Assembly (NCBI GenBank): GCA_050251875.1
Contig: JBFWMA010000008.1
Span: forward strand, 1-64,000
From: Deferribacterales bacterium
Lineage (GTDB): Bacteria; Chrysiogenota; Deferribacteres; Deferribacterales; Geovibrionaceae
Direction: 5' to 3'
Length of the DNA: 64,000 nucleotides
Shown: positions 19,239-28,910 of the stretch, one piece after another
Numbering within the stretch: position 1 is the stretch's first letter
Layout of the letters: each line of letters starts with the position of its first letter
Made by a program: the position numbers and the translations under genes
The notes under the pieces: model-generated
The model's input: the letters and a program-made list of their open reading frames with translations, nothing else
What the model was told of the DNA's origin: nothing
Databases searched by the model: none

Positions 19239-20564
19239 ATGAAACCAAGCACCCCCGTCTGGCACCCATGCACCCAGATGAAAGATCACGAAACATATCC
19301 CATAATAAAAATAGACAGAGCCGAAGGAATATATCTCTATGATGACAAAGGAAAACAGTATATAGACGCTGTTTCGTCATGGTGGGTGAACCTCTTCGGA
19401 CACAACCACCCCAGGCTGAAAAAAGCCCTGAGAGATCAGCTGGACAAGGTGGAGCATGTGATATTCGCAGGGATAACACACGATCCGGCGGAGATACTGG
19501 CGAAAGATCTGGTGGATATCACACCGGAAAAACTTACCCGTGTCTTCTTCGCCGATATCGGCTCGGCAGCCGTGGAATCCGCCATGAAGCTGAGCTACGG
19601 ATACCGCAAAAACACAGGAAACGAAAAGAAGAACAGATATATCTATCTGGACAACGGATATCACGGGGAGACGCTGGGCGCTCTGTCCGTGTGCGGAGAA
19701 CAGCTCTACAGCGAGCTTTTCGGCGCTATCATGATAGAGAACATCCGTGTGCAGGGACCCGACTGCTACAGATGTCCATTCAACAAGACCCGTGACAACT
19801 GCGATGCCGAATGTTTCTGCCACATGGAAAAGGCAATGGCGGACAACAGAGACACCGTGACCGCCGTAATACTGGAACCGCTGCTTCAGTGCGCCGGAGG
19901 GTTCAAGATGCACCCTCCTATCTATCTGAAAAAGCTGGTGAAGGCGGCAGATCACTATGGCATCCACACCATCTTTGACGAGATAGCCTGCGGGTTCGGC
20001 AGAACAGGCACCATGTTCGCTCTGGAACAGGCGGGCGTTTGTCCCGATTTTCTCTGCCTGTCAAAGGGCATAACATCCGGCTATCTGCCATTAAGCGTGG
20101 TGATGACCCACGAGGACATCTACGATGCCTTCTATGACGAATACACCACCCTGAAGGCTTTTCTGCACAGCCACAGCTACACAGGCAACCCACTCGCCTG
20201 CGCATGCGGGGTGGAGACCATGAAGATATTCAGAGATGATGACGTTATAAACGCCAACAGAAAAAAATTCCCGGTGATGCACGAATATATAAACAAAAAA
20301 TTCGGCGGCAAGCCGCATGTGGGCGATATCCGCCATCTGGGATGCGTATCAGCAATAGAACTGGTCGAGAACACCTCAACCAAAAAGAATTTCGACTGGA
20401 AAAAACGTACGGGATTTCAGATATTCCGCAAAGCGGTGGAGAAAGGAGCATACCTAAGAAATCTGGGGGATGTGATATACTTTATGACGCCATACATCAT
20501 CACCGAAGACGAAATGGTGAAGCTGGTGGATATAGCGTATGAATCCGTCTATGAGGTGCTTTGA
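19239..20564 (+). CDS. bioA: Adenosylmethionine-8-amino-7-oxononanoate aminotransferase
   Basis: VWHPCTQM, SSWWVN, YHGET, DEIACGFGRTG, SKGITSGY. Confidence 0.95.
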   Translation: MKPSTPVWHPCTQMKDHETYPIIKIDRAEGIYLYDDKGKQYIDAVSSWWVNLFGHNHPRLKKALRDQLDKVEHVIFAGITHDPAEILAKDLVDITPEKLTRVFFADIGSAAVESAMKLSYGYRKNTGNEKKNRYIYLDNGYHGETLGALSVCGEQLYSELFGAIMIENIRVQGPDCYRCPFNKTRDNCDAECFCHMEKAMADNRDTVTAVILEPLLQCAGGFKMHPPIYLKKLVKAADHYGIHTIFDEIACGFGRTGTMFALEQAGVCPDFLCLSKGITSGYLPLSVVMTHEDIYDAFYDEYTTLKAFLHSHSYTGNPLACACGVETMKIFRDDDVINANRKKFPVMHEYINKKFGGKPHVGDIRHLGCVSAIELVENTSTKKNFDWKKRTGFQIFRKAVEKGAYLRNLGDVIYFMTPYIITEDEMVKLVDIAYESVYEVL

Positions 20565-21166
20565 TGAAAAAACTCTACATAACCGGAACTGATACAGGCA
20601 TAGGCAAGACATATTTTTCCGGTCTGCTGTGCAGATATCTGAAAGACAGAGGCGAATCCGTATATTATATAAAACCTGTCCAGACAGGTTTTCCGGCGGA
20701 TGACGACAGAAAGACCGTTCTGGAGATGTCCGGCATAGGAGAGGAAAACTCTGCCACTCTGCACACAGCGGAGATCCCCACGGCGCCATATCTGGCGTTC
20801 GATGATTTTCCTTATGAAGAGACCGTGGACAGCATTAAATCCGTAAAAGGATACGACTGGCTGGTGGTGGAGAGCGCCGGAGGCATACTCGTTCCTCTGG
20901 ACGAAGGACTTTTTAACTGCGACATAGCGCTGGCATGCGGGCTGAAAAACATAGTGGTGGTGCCGAACCGTTTAGGATGCGTAAACCACGCCATGCTGTC
21001 CAGATATTTTATAAGAAACGAAGGGATGGATTTCGGCGGATTCGCCATGAACAATTATTTCATGAGCGCCAGAAATGACGCTTTCAATATATCTATGCTG
21101 AACGACCTGACGGACGGCGCCGTCAGGTTTGTGTTCAGCGATGTTATGGAATTTGCTGATATTTAA
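20564..21166 (+). CDS. bioD: Dethiobiotin synthase
   Basis: ITGTDTGIGKT, KPVQTG, ESAGG, LGCVNHA. Confidence 0.95.
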   Translation: MKKLYITGTDTGIGKTYFSGLLCRYLKDRGESVYYIKPVQTGFPADDDRKTVLEMSGIGEENSATLHTAEIPTAPYLAFDDFPYEETVDSIKSVKGYDWLVVESAGGILVPLDEGLFNCDIALACGLKNIVVVPNRLGCVNHAMLSRYFIRNEGMDFGGFAMNNYFMSARNDAFNISMLNDLTDGAVRFVFSDVMEFADI

Positions 21167-21612
21167 AGAAGTGACTGAACGCCGTAAAGAGCTGCATCGG
21201 AGATGAAATCTCCTGAAAGCTGGCTGTTCGCCTCTTTTATCTTGGCATATACTTCGTTCATCTGTTTTTCCTTGAAAGCGCCTAAATATTCAGAGAGAGA
21301 ATCCAGAGCGCTCTTGGCTTCCTCATCGGATGAACCTGCTGAGAGATATGCTTCAGCGGCGTTCTGTTTGATAAGATCCAGAAGAGGATCTTCGGCTGTG
21401 GTGCCGTTGGCTGACACATAGTCTTCAAGCACAGAAAGAGCCTGCTGAGATATCTGAACCTTATCGAATACCTTTCCGCCATCGAGACTGCCGTCTCCAA
21501 AGAATGTCTTGAGAGCAGCCAGACTGTCTGTCTCTGTTGACGCTGTGGATTTATTCTGTTCTGTTGTGGTTGTAGCTGTTTGATTCTGGTAAAAATTTCC
21601 TGAGATTATCAT
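21163..21612 (-). CDS. Hypothetical protein (Thr-rich N-terminus, DKVQISQQA motif)
   Basis: AGGGGG RBS; sigma-54-like promoter upstream. Confidence 0.7.
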   Translation of the reverse strand: MIISGNFYQNQTATTTTEQNKSTASTETDSLAALKTFFGDGSLDGGKVFDKVQISQQALSVLEDYVSANGTTAEDPLLDLIKQNAAEAYLSAGSSDEEAKSALDSLSEYLGAFKEKQMNEVYAKIKEANSQLSGDFISDAALYGVQSLL

Positions 21613-21649
21613 CTTGTGCCCCCTGCAAACTTTGTTATGCAGAGTTAAT

Positions 21650-21666
21650 AGCATTCTCTATGCCAG
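21650..21666 (-). promoter_or_regulatory. Sigma-54 -24/-12 promoter
   Basis: CTGGCATAGAGAATGCT gives GG-N10-GC. Confidence 0.6.
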
Positions 21667-21667
21667 T

Positions 21668-22801
21668 TTAAGATGAAAATATTTTCCCCATATTGTCCAG
21701 AACTTCCTTAGCCGACTGGGTATACTTGAAATCCGGTGTAATATCAATGTTTTTACCCTGTAAAAACACCTGAAAATTAGTACCGAATCCGCCCTCCGGC
21801 ATGATAAGAGCCTTGATAGACTGCTTCTGAAGGTCGGTCTTGGCGGCGGAAATCTCTTCCAGTATGCCCGACTGAACCAGATACAGCCACTGAGGCATGA
21901 ATGCCAGCGGAGCGAGCCCCTTCTTTTGTCCATAGAGGGAGAGTGATGTGAAATCCACAAAGGCTGTGATGTCCTGATAGCCTATGCGGTCGAAGAAATC
22001 GTTGTTCTGTGTGTGGCGGTAATAACAGGTGACCGTTCCGTCTCTGCGGTATGACTGATAGAGCATGGGAGCCTCGAATCCGTAATCGATGGTAACCATG
22101 ACCGCTCTGTCCATTTTGTCCGCCATAGCCTCTATCCAGCTCACCAGATCGAGGTTTATATCCACTATCTGGGTTTCTGTCACTTTCAGGTTGATATTGT
22201 CCAGATATGTCTGAAGCATGGGTGTGGAGAATTCATCGGGAAAGAACTGCATCTTTCCGTCTATCTCTTTTACATAGAGCTCTTTCAGCTCTCCGTTCAT
22301 GCGGATGACACGGTGCACGGGGAAAGCGTCCACCAGTTCGTTAGAGTAAAACACGCCGGAAAAATTATTAAGCTCCTCAAAAGGAATCCAGCGCACCTTG
22401 CCCTTGTGTTCCTTTTCTATCAGCTCTTTCTGACGGTTTATCAGATATCCGCTCTTTTCTATAATGGTATAGCTGACGGCATCGTACAGCTCTTTTTCGT
22501 TCTGTTTCAGATAGTTCAGTATGTCGTTGGCGAGCATCCCGCTTCCGGCGCCCATCTCGCACAGGGCTTTTTCCAGCCCCAGCCCGTTCATCATATAAAC
22601 GAAAGATTTCGCCAGTGTACGTCCAAAGGATTCTGAAGCGTTGACAGATGTATAAAAACTGCCCTGCTGTCCGAAAGGATTCTCTCTCTGATAATATCCA
22701 AGCCCTTCGTGATAAAGGGCTATGTCCATAAATTCCGCAAAGGTCATTTTGCCTTTTTCACGGATGAGGTTTTCTGTATAAAGTTGAAGGGTATTGTCCA
22801 C
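21668..22801 (-). CDS. SAM-dependent methyltransferase, MidA/NDUFAF7 family
   Basis: FAEFMDIALY..GYY, EMGAGSG, NELVDAFP, IDYG, QDITAFVDF. Confidence 0.9.
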   Translation of the reverse strand: MDNTLQLYTENLIREKGKMTFAEFMDIALYHEGLGYYQRENPFGQQGSFYTSVNASESFGRTLAKSFVYMMNGLGLEKALCEMGAGSGMLANDILNYLKQNEKELYDAVSYTIIEKSGYLINRQKELIEKEHKGKVRWIPFEELNNFSGVFYSNELVDAFPVHRVIRMNGELKELYVKEIDGKMQFFPDEFSTPMLQTYLDNINLKVTETQIVDINLDLVSWIEAMADKMDRAVMVTIDYGFEAPMLYQSYRRDGTVTCYYRHTQNNDFFDRIGYQDITAFVDFTSLSLYGQKKGLAPLAFMPQWLYLVQSGILEEISAAKTDLQKQSIKALIMPEGGFGTNFQVFLQGKNIDITPDFKYTQSAKEVLDNMGKIFSS

Positions 22802-23529
22802 TATCTCACTCTGAAATATAAAGTTATTTCCACAGGTTCATTACTTGTGGCAAGTACGGCATTAAACTTTAATTTCTGAATAAAGTCAATGGCAAGACGC
22901 TCTATTTTCGAATCTGTGCGGTTCAGAAGGAGTATGGAGTAGGTAGTTCCCTCTTTATCTATCTTAAAACTGGCTCTGACGGTGGTGTCGGCAGACAGGG
23001 AGAACACGGGTTTTTCCGGCGTGGTAACCAGCTTTCTGGTGGCTGACAGATTTTTTATCACGAAGAAATCTTTTCCGTCATCCGTGCCCAGCTTTGTGCC
23101 GGACGATTCAGCCCCCACTCTGTCGGCGCTGCTGCGGTGATATTTATCCGATTCGGCGTTCAGCTCGTTTATCAGCTCTTTGTCGGAATCCAGTTTGCCC
23201 TGTGTCACAGACGTTCCGATATTCAGCTTAGGTATCTTTATCTGCATGTCGTCCATGCCGATGATCTTGGGTATGCTGATCTCTGGCATAGTCATGGCGG
23301 GCGCCGGAGACTGGCTTCCTATGGACACACTGCCCACCTTCGCCGCTCCCGGGTCATATGCGGGCACAGGAGGAATGACAGGCTCCTCCTTTTTCAGCGG
23401 AGGCACCAGTTCCACATCGATGATCTCCTGCTTAGGGCTGACTTTAGGGTTCAGATCCACCCCGCCGATCTGTGTGTATATCAACACATGCACCAGCAGA
23501 GACAGGATCAGAAAAAGAGCAAACCTCAA
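22801..23529 (-). CDS. TonB/TolA-like energy transducer
   Basis: Transmembrane segment with S-x3-H (LSLLVH), Pro-rich linker; follows exbD. Confidence 0.7.
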   Translation of the reverse strand: MRFALFLILSLLVHVLIYTQIGGVDLNPKVSPKQEIIDVELVPPLKKEEPVIPPVPAYDPGAAKVGSVSIGSQSPAPAMTMPEISIPKIIGMDDMQIKIPKLNIGTSVTQGKLDSDKELINELNAESDKYHRSSADRVGAESSGTKLGTDDGKDFFVIKNLSATRKLVTTPEKPVFSLSADTTVRASFKIDKEGTTYSILLLNRTDSKIERLAIDFIQKLKFNAVLATSNEPVEITLYFRVR

Positions 23530-23563
23530 ATTATTCCGCCTCGCTCATTTTTGCGCAGATTCA

Positions 23564-23600
23564 CGGCTCCGCTCGCTGCGCGAACCGCTTCCCGCTGTTT
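23564..23600 (-). repeat. Repeat family 2, copy A (immediately after the exbD stop codon)
   Basis: 28/37 ungapped identity to 24904-24940. Confidence 0.6.
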
Positions 23601-24003
23601 ATTTTCCTTCTTCCTCAACAGCTATGGCAAATTTCTGATAACCCGCCAGACGGCTGGCGTCCATGATGTGGACTACCTGTCCGTGGGGCACTTCCGTATC
23701 CGCTTCTATGATGACGGTGGTGTCGGGGATGGTCTCTTTCATCTTAACCAGCTCATCCTGCACAGCCTCAGAGGCGAACGGCTTGCCGTTGATGGTTATC
23801 TCGCCGTCTTTGGTGAGCACTATACGGATGCTGTCGTTAATCTGCTTTTCATCGCCTTTGGCGGCGGGCAGGTTAACATCTATCGAGTTGGAATAGATAA
23901 ACGTTGTGGAGACCATGAAGAAGATAAGAAGCAGAAACACCACGTCTATCAGCGGCGTGATATCTACAGATATCTGTCTTTTCTCCTCTCTGGAAAATCT
24001 CAT
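23599..24003 (-). CDS. exbD: Biopolymer transport protein ExbD/TolR
   Basis: DITPLIDVVFLLLIFFMV motif. Confidence 0.92.
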   Translation of the reverse strand: MRFSREEKRQISVDITPLIDVVFLLLIFFMVSTTFIYSNSIDVNLPAAKGDEKQINDSIRIVLTKDGEITINGKPFASEAVQDELVKMKETIPDTTVIIEADTEVPHGQVVHIMDASRLAGYQKFAIAVEEEGK

Positions 24004-24627
24004 TTAAGCCTCTTTATCTTTGAAAATAGTGTTTATAATCTTGCTGGCGGCTCTCTCGAGCTCTATTGTTATCTTTTCGCTTCTGAAACGCACCACATAG
24101 TAAAATATGATGGTGGGGATAGCCACGGAAAGACCTGCCGCAGTGGTTAAAAGAGCCTCGGATATACCGCCCGCCAGAGGCTGAGCGTTGCCGATACCCT
24201 GATCGCTGATGGCAACGAATGTCTTAATCATACCAAAAACAGTACCCAGCAGACCCAGCAGAGGAGAGATGCTGGCTATCGCCTGAAGCGAGGGCAGAAA
24301 TCTTTCCAGACGTTTCGCCTGAAACCTGCCGGATTCCTCGGCTGTCTCCATCAGACGGGGCAGAGGCACGTCCAGGTTGTCCAGAATGTCAGCGGCTACA
24401 GCCGCCACGGCGGATTTATTCTCTCTGCACATGGTTTTCGCTGACTCAGTGTCTTTTTTCTGGAGAGTTTCCAGAAGCCTGTTCAGAAAATCCGTGGGGA
24501 CGTATACTGATGAGCGCAGTGTCACCAGTCTTTCTAAAAATATGGCGAGAGCCAGCACAGACAGAAGAAATATGGGATACATCAGCACCCCGCCTTTCTG
24601 CATCAGCTCCATGTTCAGATCAAACAT
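24004..24627 (-). CDS. exbB: MotA/TolQ/ExbB proton channel protein
   Basis: PLLGLLGTVFGMI, GISEALLTTAAGL; AGGAGG RBS. Confidence 0.9.
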   Translation of the reverse strand: MFDLNMELMQKGGVLMYPIFLLSVLALAIFLERLVTLRSSVYVPTDFLNRLLETLQKKDTESAKTMCRENKSAVAAVAADILDNLDVPLPRLMETAEESGRFQAKRLERFLPSLQAIASISPLLGLLGTVFGMIKTFVAISDQGIGNAQPLAGGISEALLTTAAGLSVAIPTIIFYYVVRFRSEKITIELERAASKIINTIFKDKEA

Positions 24628-24644
24628 ATTTCCTCCTGTAAGAA

Positions 24645-24708
24645 AGATTGCTTCGCTCACGCTCGCAATGACGTCATTGCGAGGAGCGCATGCGACACGG
24701 CAATCTCA
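24645..24708. repeat. Abutting CGTC-type REP pair
   Basis: Perfect 22-bp palindrome CTCGCAATGACGTCATTGCGAG (24662-24683) flanked by AGATTGC and GCAATCT. Confidence 0.8.
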
Positions 24709-24715
24709 TATATAA

Positions 24716-24754
24716 TTATTTTCTTTTTTTCAGTTCTTTCAGCTTAGCTCTGAC
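24716..24754 (-). repeat. Exact 39-bp copy of the TPR gene 3' end (24939-24977)
   Basis: TTATTTTCTTTTTTTCAGTTCTTTCAGCTTAGCTCTGAC occurs twice, separated by 184 bp. Confidence 0.9.
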
Positions 24755-24903
24755 AGATAAGCATACAGAAATTTTTTGTCCTAAAAACATCCGCTAATTC
24801 TCCGGATGTTTCTGAACCCAGCTTGCTGGAAAACATTTCTGATAACGCTGCGTTCCGGCAAAGCCTCACTTCGCTCACGTTACACTCGTTCTGCCGCTAA
24901 AAG

Positions 24904-24940
24904 CGGCTTCACTCATTCCACGAACCGCATCCTGCGGTTT
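24904..24940 (-). repeat. Repeat family 2, copy B (immediately after the TPR gene stop codon)
   Basis: AACCGC-AGGAT-GCGGTT hairpin; aligns with 23564-23600. Confidence 0.6.
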
Positions 24941-27605
24941 ATTTTCTTTTTTTCAGTTCTTTCAGCTTAGCTCTGACGATATCGCCCTCGTCTCCCTTGC
25001 CCAGCTTGTCGTATGAGTCTGCCGCTCCGGACAGGCTTTTTGAGGCGTACTGAGAGCTGGGAAACAGGTAATATCCTTTCATATAGTCAGCGGCGGCGTC
25101 CTCATATCTCTTTTCATTGTAAGCAATTCTGCCTTTGTAATAATACAGGATAGGCAGACCTGTGGGTGCGCCCTCTTTTATCAGTGCATCTATGAACGAT
25201 GACTCCTTCGAAAGTTCGCCTGAGTCTATCATGCCGAAATATTTTTCCAGACCACCGTAAAACAGTCCGGTGTCTTTATCTTTGAAATACACTGCCGCCT
25301 TTCTGACATCAGCGGGTCTGGTGTATATGTCTATCAGTTTGCCGTAACTCATATCACGGAATCTGTCCGATCCGGATGCCAGCTCCTCGAAAATTTTCAG
25401 AGCCTCTTTCGGTCTGGTGCTTTGCAGACATTCCGCCTTAAGAAACGAAGCCTCGTCCGAGCGCCCGTCCTTCATCATGACATCGGCATCAGCCAGACAC
25501 TGCTCCACCCTGCCGGTGTCACGGAAAAGCTGTCCACGCAGAAGATGAGCGTCTCTCATATATACCGAAACGGTGAAATTATCGAAAAAGCTGTTCAGCA
25601 TCATGGTCGCCAGCTTAGTGTCTTTATTGTCCAGAGCCATCTTGGCTGTCTGGAGTATCAGAAAATCTTTTTTATCGAAAACAGCTTTTCCGGCGGAAAC
25701 CTCTTTCGCCGCATCGGTGAATCTGTCCTTATCGCCCATAGCCATGTATGATGACAAAAGACCGTACCATGCGTCAAAGCTGTTCTGTCCGCCGTCTATA
25801 ATCTTTCTGAACTCCATTGCTGAATCTTTCGTCCTGCCCAGGGAAAAAAGCGCCTTCGCCCTCACCAGTGCGTATCCGGCTCTGTCTCTGTCGGTCAGTT
25901 TCAGCACCTCCAGATATTGCCCGGTGAGGAAAAGATTCTCCACATATGAGCTCATGAAACGCCCGTCAGCGGCATGTTTGTTAAATATCTCTCCGGCGTC
26001 TCTGGTGTCGCCCTTCTTCAGCAGGGTCAGCATCATCAGAAGATCGCTTTCGGTGCTCTTGCTCTTTATGGTCTTCAGCTGGGATATGGCGTCATTGAAT
26101 TTTTTGCTGTTGTAAAGCACGGTGGCACGCAGAAGCGCCGCCTCATCGCCTTTTATATCGGAAACACTCTTCCAGGCGTTCTCCGGATCGTTCTTAGCCA
26201 GATATATTCTCGCCTTCAGCAGTCCACAGAAATCCTCTCCGCAGGGCTGAATCAGCATCAGAGCGTCATCATAGCGCCTGTCCAGATAGTAGAGCTGGGA
26301 CAGCATATATCTGCTGACAGTCTGCTTCTGCTTGTCTTCGGACAGCTCTATGAATTTGAAGAGATATCTCTGGGCACGGGACGCGTCCACTGAGGCATAC
26401 GCCAGTCCTCTGTAATAATAGGCGGTGTTTATCAGCTCACGGTTAAACACTACGCTGTCTATGTTTCTGATGGCGTTCATATAGTTCTTTTTAGAGAGAT
26501 AATAAACGCCTGTATAGAATTTTATGTAGTCGTTGTTGATGGTGCTGTCGAAACGGAAGCTGTCTATGAAGTCCAGACTGATATCCGGAAAGTTTTTTCC
26601 TATGTAAAAGAAGAACAGGTTCAGCCTGTCTTCATCAGAGTTCATCAGCTTAAGAGCTTCCTCTGCCTTGTCGGTGTTTTTTTCCGCCACGGCGATCTTG
26701 CCGGATATAACCTTTTTCATCTCCGGGCTTCTGATCTTGTCAAACATCGCTCTGGCGCAGTCAGTGTCCGACCTTACCACGCAGGCATCGGCTATCACTC
26801 CGGCGGTGTTTTCGGTGGCTCTGTCTTTCGCCGCCGCGACATCATCGAATCTGCCCAGGCTGTAGCTGGCGCTGACATAGAAATCATAAAATCTGCCGTC
26901 TTTTGACGTGATATCGATGTTTTTGCCGTAAGCGTCCAGTATTCTGTCATATCTCTCCAGCTGTGAAAGGCTGTAAAGCCAGCTGTAAAGAGTGAAAGGC
27001 GTCATGGATTTCAGCCCGGAGGCAAAGATATCCATCTCTTCATATGATCTGGTCTCTGTGAAATACGCCGCCACACGGTCGGACGCCACAGACCTGAAAT
27101 CACCGCTTCCCGCCGCTATCCTTTTCAGAACAGTCACGGCGTTGCTGATAGCTCCGGTCTCCATCAGAGAGAAGGCATAGAGGAGATTGACCTCTTCCTC
27201 GAACTGAGTTCCCTTTATTCTTTTGTCATAATATTTTTCATAAGAATTGATTACATCCAGATACTGTTTGTCCAGATATCCTTTCACCACGTTGTTTCTG
27301 TATGCTTTCTCGCCCACGAAGACATATGACAGAGCTGTGCCGAATCCGCCTGAATACATCCCGCCGGGGTCGGCAGAGCTGTATTTTTTTGTCTCTACGT
27401 CTTTCAGTTTAAAAGATTCCTGTCTGAGATAGCTGTCCACACTGGACTGAACGCTGAAAGAGACTGTGACGTGTCTGAATGACGGACGGATACTGAATCC
27501 GGTAATTTCCTGTCCGGTGAAAGCAAATTCCGGCAGATCCACAGCGGCGAAGGCTGCGGAAGCGCAGAACAGCAATGATATTATGAAGCAGGTTAGTTTT
27601 TTCAT
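24939..27605 (-). CDS. Large exported TPR-repeat protein (CpoB-like C-terminal TPRs)
   Basis: Signal peptide MKKLTCF..AFA; repeated helical TPR-like motifs. Confidence 0.75.
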   Translation of the reverse strand: MKKLTCFIISLLFCASAAFAAVDLPEFAFTGQEITGFSIRPSFRHVTVSFSVQSSVDSYLRQESFKLKDVETKKYSSADPGGMYSGGFGTALSYVFVGEKAYRNNVVKGYLDKQYLDVINSYEKYYDKRIKGTQFEEEVNLLYAFSLMETGAISNAVTVLKRIAAGSGDFRSVASDRVAAYFTETRSYEEMDIFASGLKSMTPFTLYSWLYSLSQLERYDRILDAYGKNIDITSKDGRFYDFYVSASYSLGRFDDVAAAKDRATENTAGVIADACVVRSDTDCARAMFDKIRSPEMKKVISGKIAVAEKNTDKAEEALKLMNSDEDRLNLFFFYIGKNFPDISLDFIDSFRFDSTINNDYIKFYTGVYYLSKKNYMNAIRNIDSVVFNRELINTAYYYRGLAYASVDASRAQRYLFKFIELSEDKQKQTVSRYMLSQLYYLDRRYDDALMLIQPCGEDFCGLLKARIYLAKNDPENAWKSVSDIKGDEAALLRATVLYNSKKFNDAISQLKTIKSKSTESDLLMMLTLLKKGDTRDAGEIFNKHAADGRFMSSYVENLFLTGQYLEVLKLTDRDRAGYALVRAKALFSLGRTKDSAMEFRKIIDGGQNSFDAWYGLLSSYMAMGDKDRFTDAAKEVSAGKAVFDKKDFLILQTAKMALDNKDTKLATMMLNSFFDNFTVSVYMRDAHLLRGQLFRDTGRVEQCLADADVMMKDGRSDEASFLKAECLQSTRPKEALKIFEELASGSDRFRDMSYGKLIDIYTRPADVRKAAVYFKDKDTGLFYGGLEKYFGMIDSGELSKESSFIDALIKEGAPTGLPILYYYKGRIAYNEKRYEDAAADYMKGYYLFPSSQYASKSLSGAADSYDKLGKGDEGDIVRAKLKELKKRK

Positions 27606-27736
27606 TAAACTTATATATTTACTGGTTACTCTGCTGTGACTGGTCCGGTGATGTAGGGTTAGAATCGGAGCAGCCGCCCTCACATCCCACGATACCGCTG
27701 AAAGCGGAAACCAGAAGCACAGCGAATATGAATTTT

Positions 27737-28504
27737 TTAATTAAATTCACCTTCGTCTCCCGAATGTTTTAATTTTTCATACATTTTATGATCGGTCATG
27801 TCGAACATCAGCGGAGTGACGCTGACATAACCTCTGGAAACAAGATAGTCGTCCGTCATTTCGTTCATGTCGGCCTCCTTCTTCTCTCCTGTGAGCCAGT
27901 AGTAGTGTCCGCCTCTGGGATCCTCTCTTTTAGTGAAATAATCCAGAAAACGTGCCTGCCCCTGCACAGCGAACTTCCAGCCCTTTATATTATTCTTAGA
28001 CAGGGCAGGAACATTAATGTTCAGTACAGTATTCTCCGGCAGAGCGGAATTGTGCAGGTATTTAGCGAAATAAGCGGCTATCTCCGCCGAGGGGGTGAAG
28101 TCGAACTTCTCCTTGGTGGCGAGACTGACCGCAAGGGAACGTATGCCGAGCATTGCGCCCTCTGTGGCGGCGGAAACCGTGCCGGAATATATCACGTTGG
28201 TGGCGACATTGGCGCCGTGGTTTATTCCGGAAACCACCAGATCGGGCTTCTCTTTCAAAATATCGCAGACGGCGATCTTAACGCAGTCGGCGGGAGTGCC
28301 CTTGATTCCGTATCCGAAGAACTCTCCGTATTTATAAAATTCGGTGACACGCAGGGGGTCGGATATGGTGATGGCGTGTCCCACAGCGGACTGTTCGGTG
28401 ATGGGAGCCACCACGGTGACATCCGCGAATTCTTTAAGAGCTTTGTAAACGGCGAAAATACCTTCTGAGTATATGCCGTCATCGTTTGCTAATAGTATCT
28501 TCAT
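27737..28504 (-). CDS. surE: 5'/3'-nucleotidase SurE
   Basis: ILLANDDG, GTPADCV, SGINHGAN, YSGTVSAA.EG. Confidence 0.96.
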   Translation of the reverse strand: MKILLANDDGIYSEGIFAVYKALKEFADVTVVAPITEQSAVGHAITISDPLRVTEFYKYGEFFGYGIKGTPADCVKIAVCDILKEKPDLVVSGINHGANVATNVIYSGTVSAATEGAMLGIRSLAVSLATKEKFDFTPSAEIAAYFAKYLHNSALPENTVLNINVPALSKNNIKGWKFAVQGQARFLDYFTKREDPRGGHYYWLTGEKKEADMNEMTDDYLVSRGYVSVTPLMFDMTDHKMYEKLKHSGDEGEFN

Positions 28505-28910
28505 AAGAACAGGATACAGCAACTCAGACAGATTATCAAGACCGCAGATAAGCAAATAAATGTGAATCATACTAACAATACCTTTTTTAGCTGTTTCTGA
28601 GGTAATTTGTAAGAACTGCTGAAATTTTTTTTCTTATACAAAACACAAATTTTTGTTTTATTTTGCCCTTATGCTCATTATTTCTTAAATTTCGCAATGT
28701 AATTTTATCTATTTTTATCAATACATTTCGAGCCTTTGCTTTATTTGGCTCCATATTCATAAACTTATCTAAATGCTAAAAACCAAATATATCAGTATCT
28801 TAATCTAAGATTTAAAGACTCTTTTAGTTATTGACATCCATTTTTCATAGGAGTAAACATGAGCATTGGTTGGATTATTCCTATTATTATTTTTATCAGG
28901 AGGTTCCTCA

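Noticed and set aside
23137..24150. 337-aa plus-strand ORF
   Set aside because: Antisense shadow of tonB, exbD and exbB.
27633..27723. SRP RNA or tRNA-Sec
   Set aside because: It lacks the CAGG..GGAA..AGCAG domain IV geometry of SRP, and has no UCA anticodon arm or T-loop.
28558..28580. Rex/CRP-like box upstream of cydAB
   Set aside because: Spacing and second half-site do not fit either consensus.
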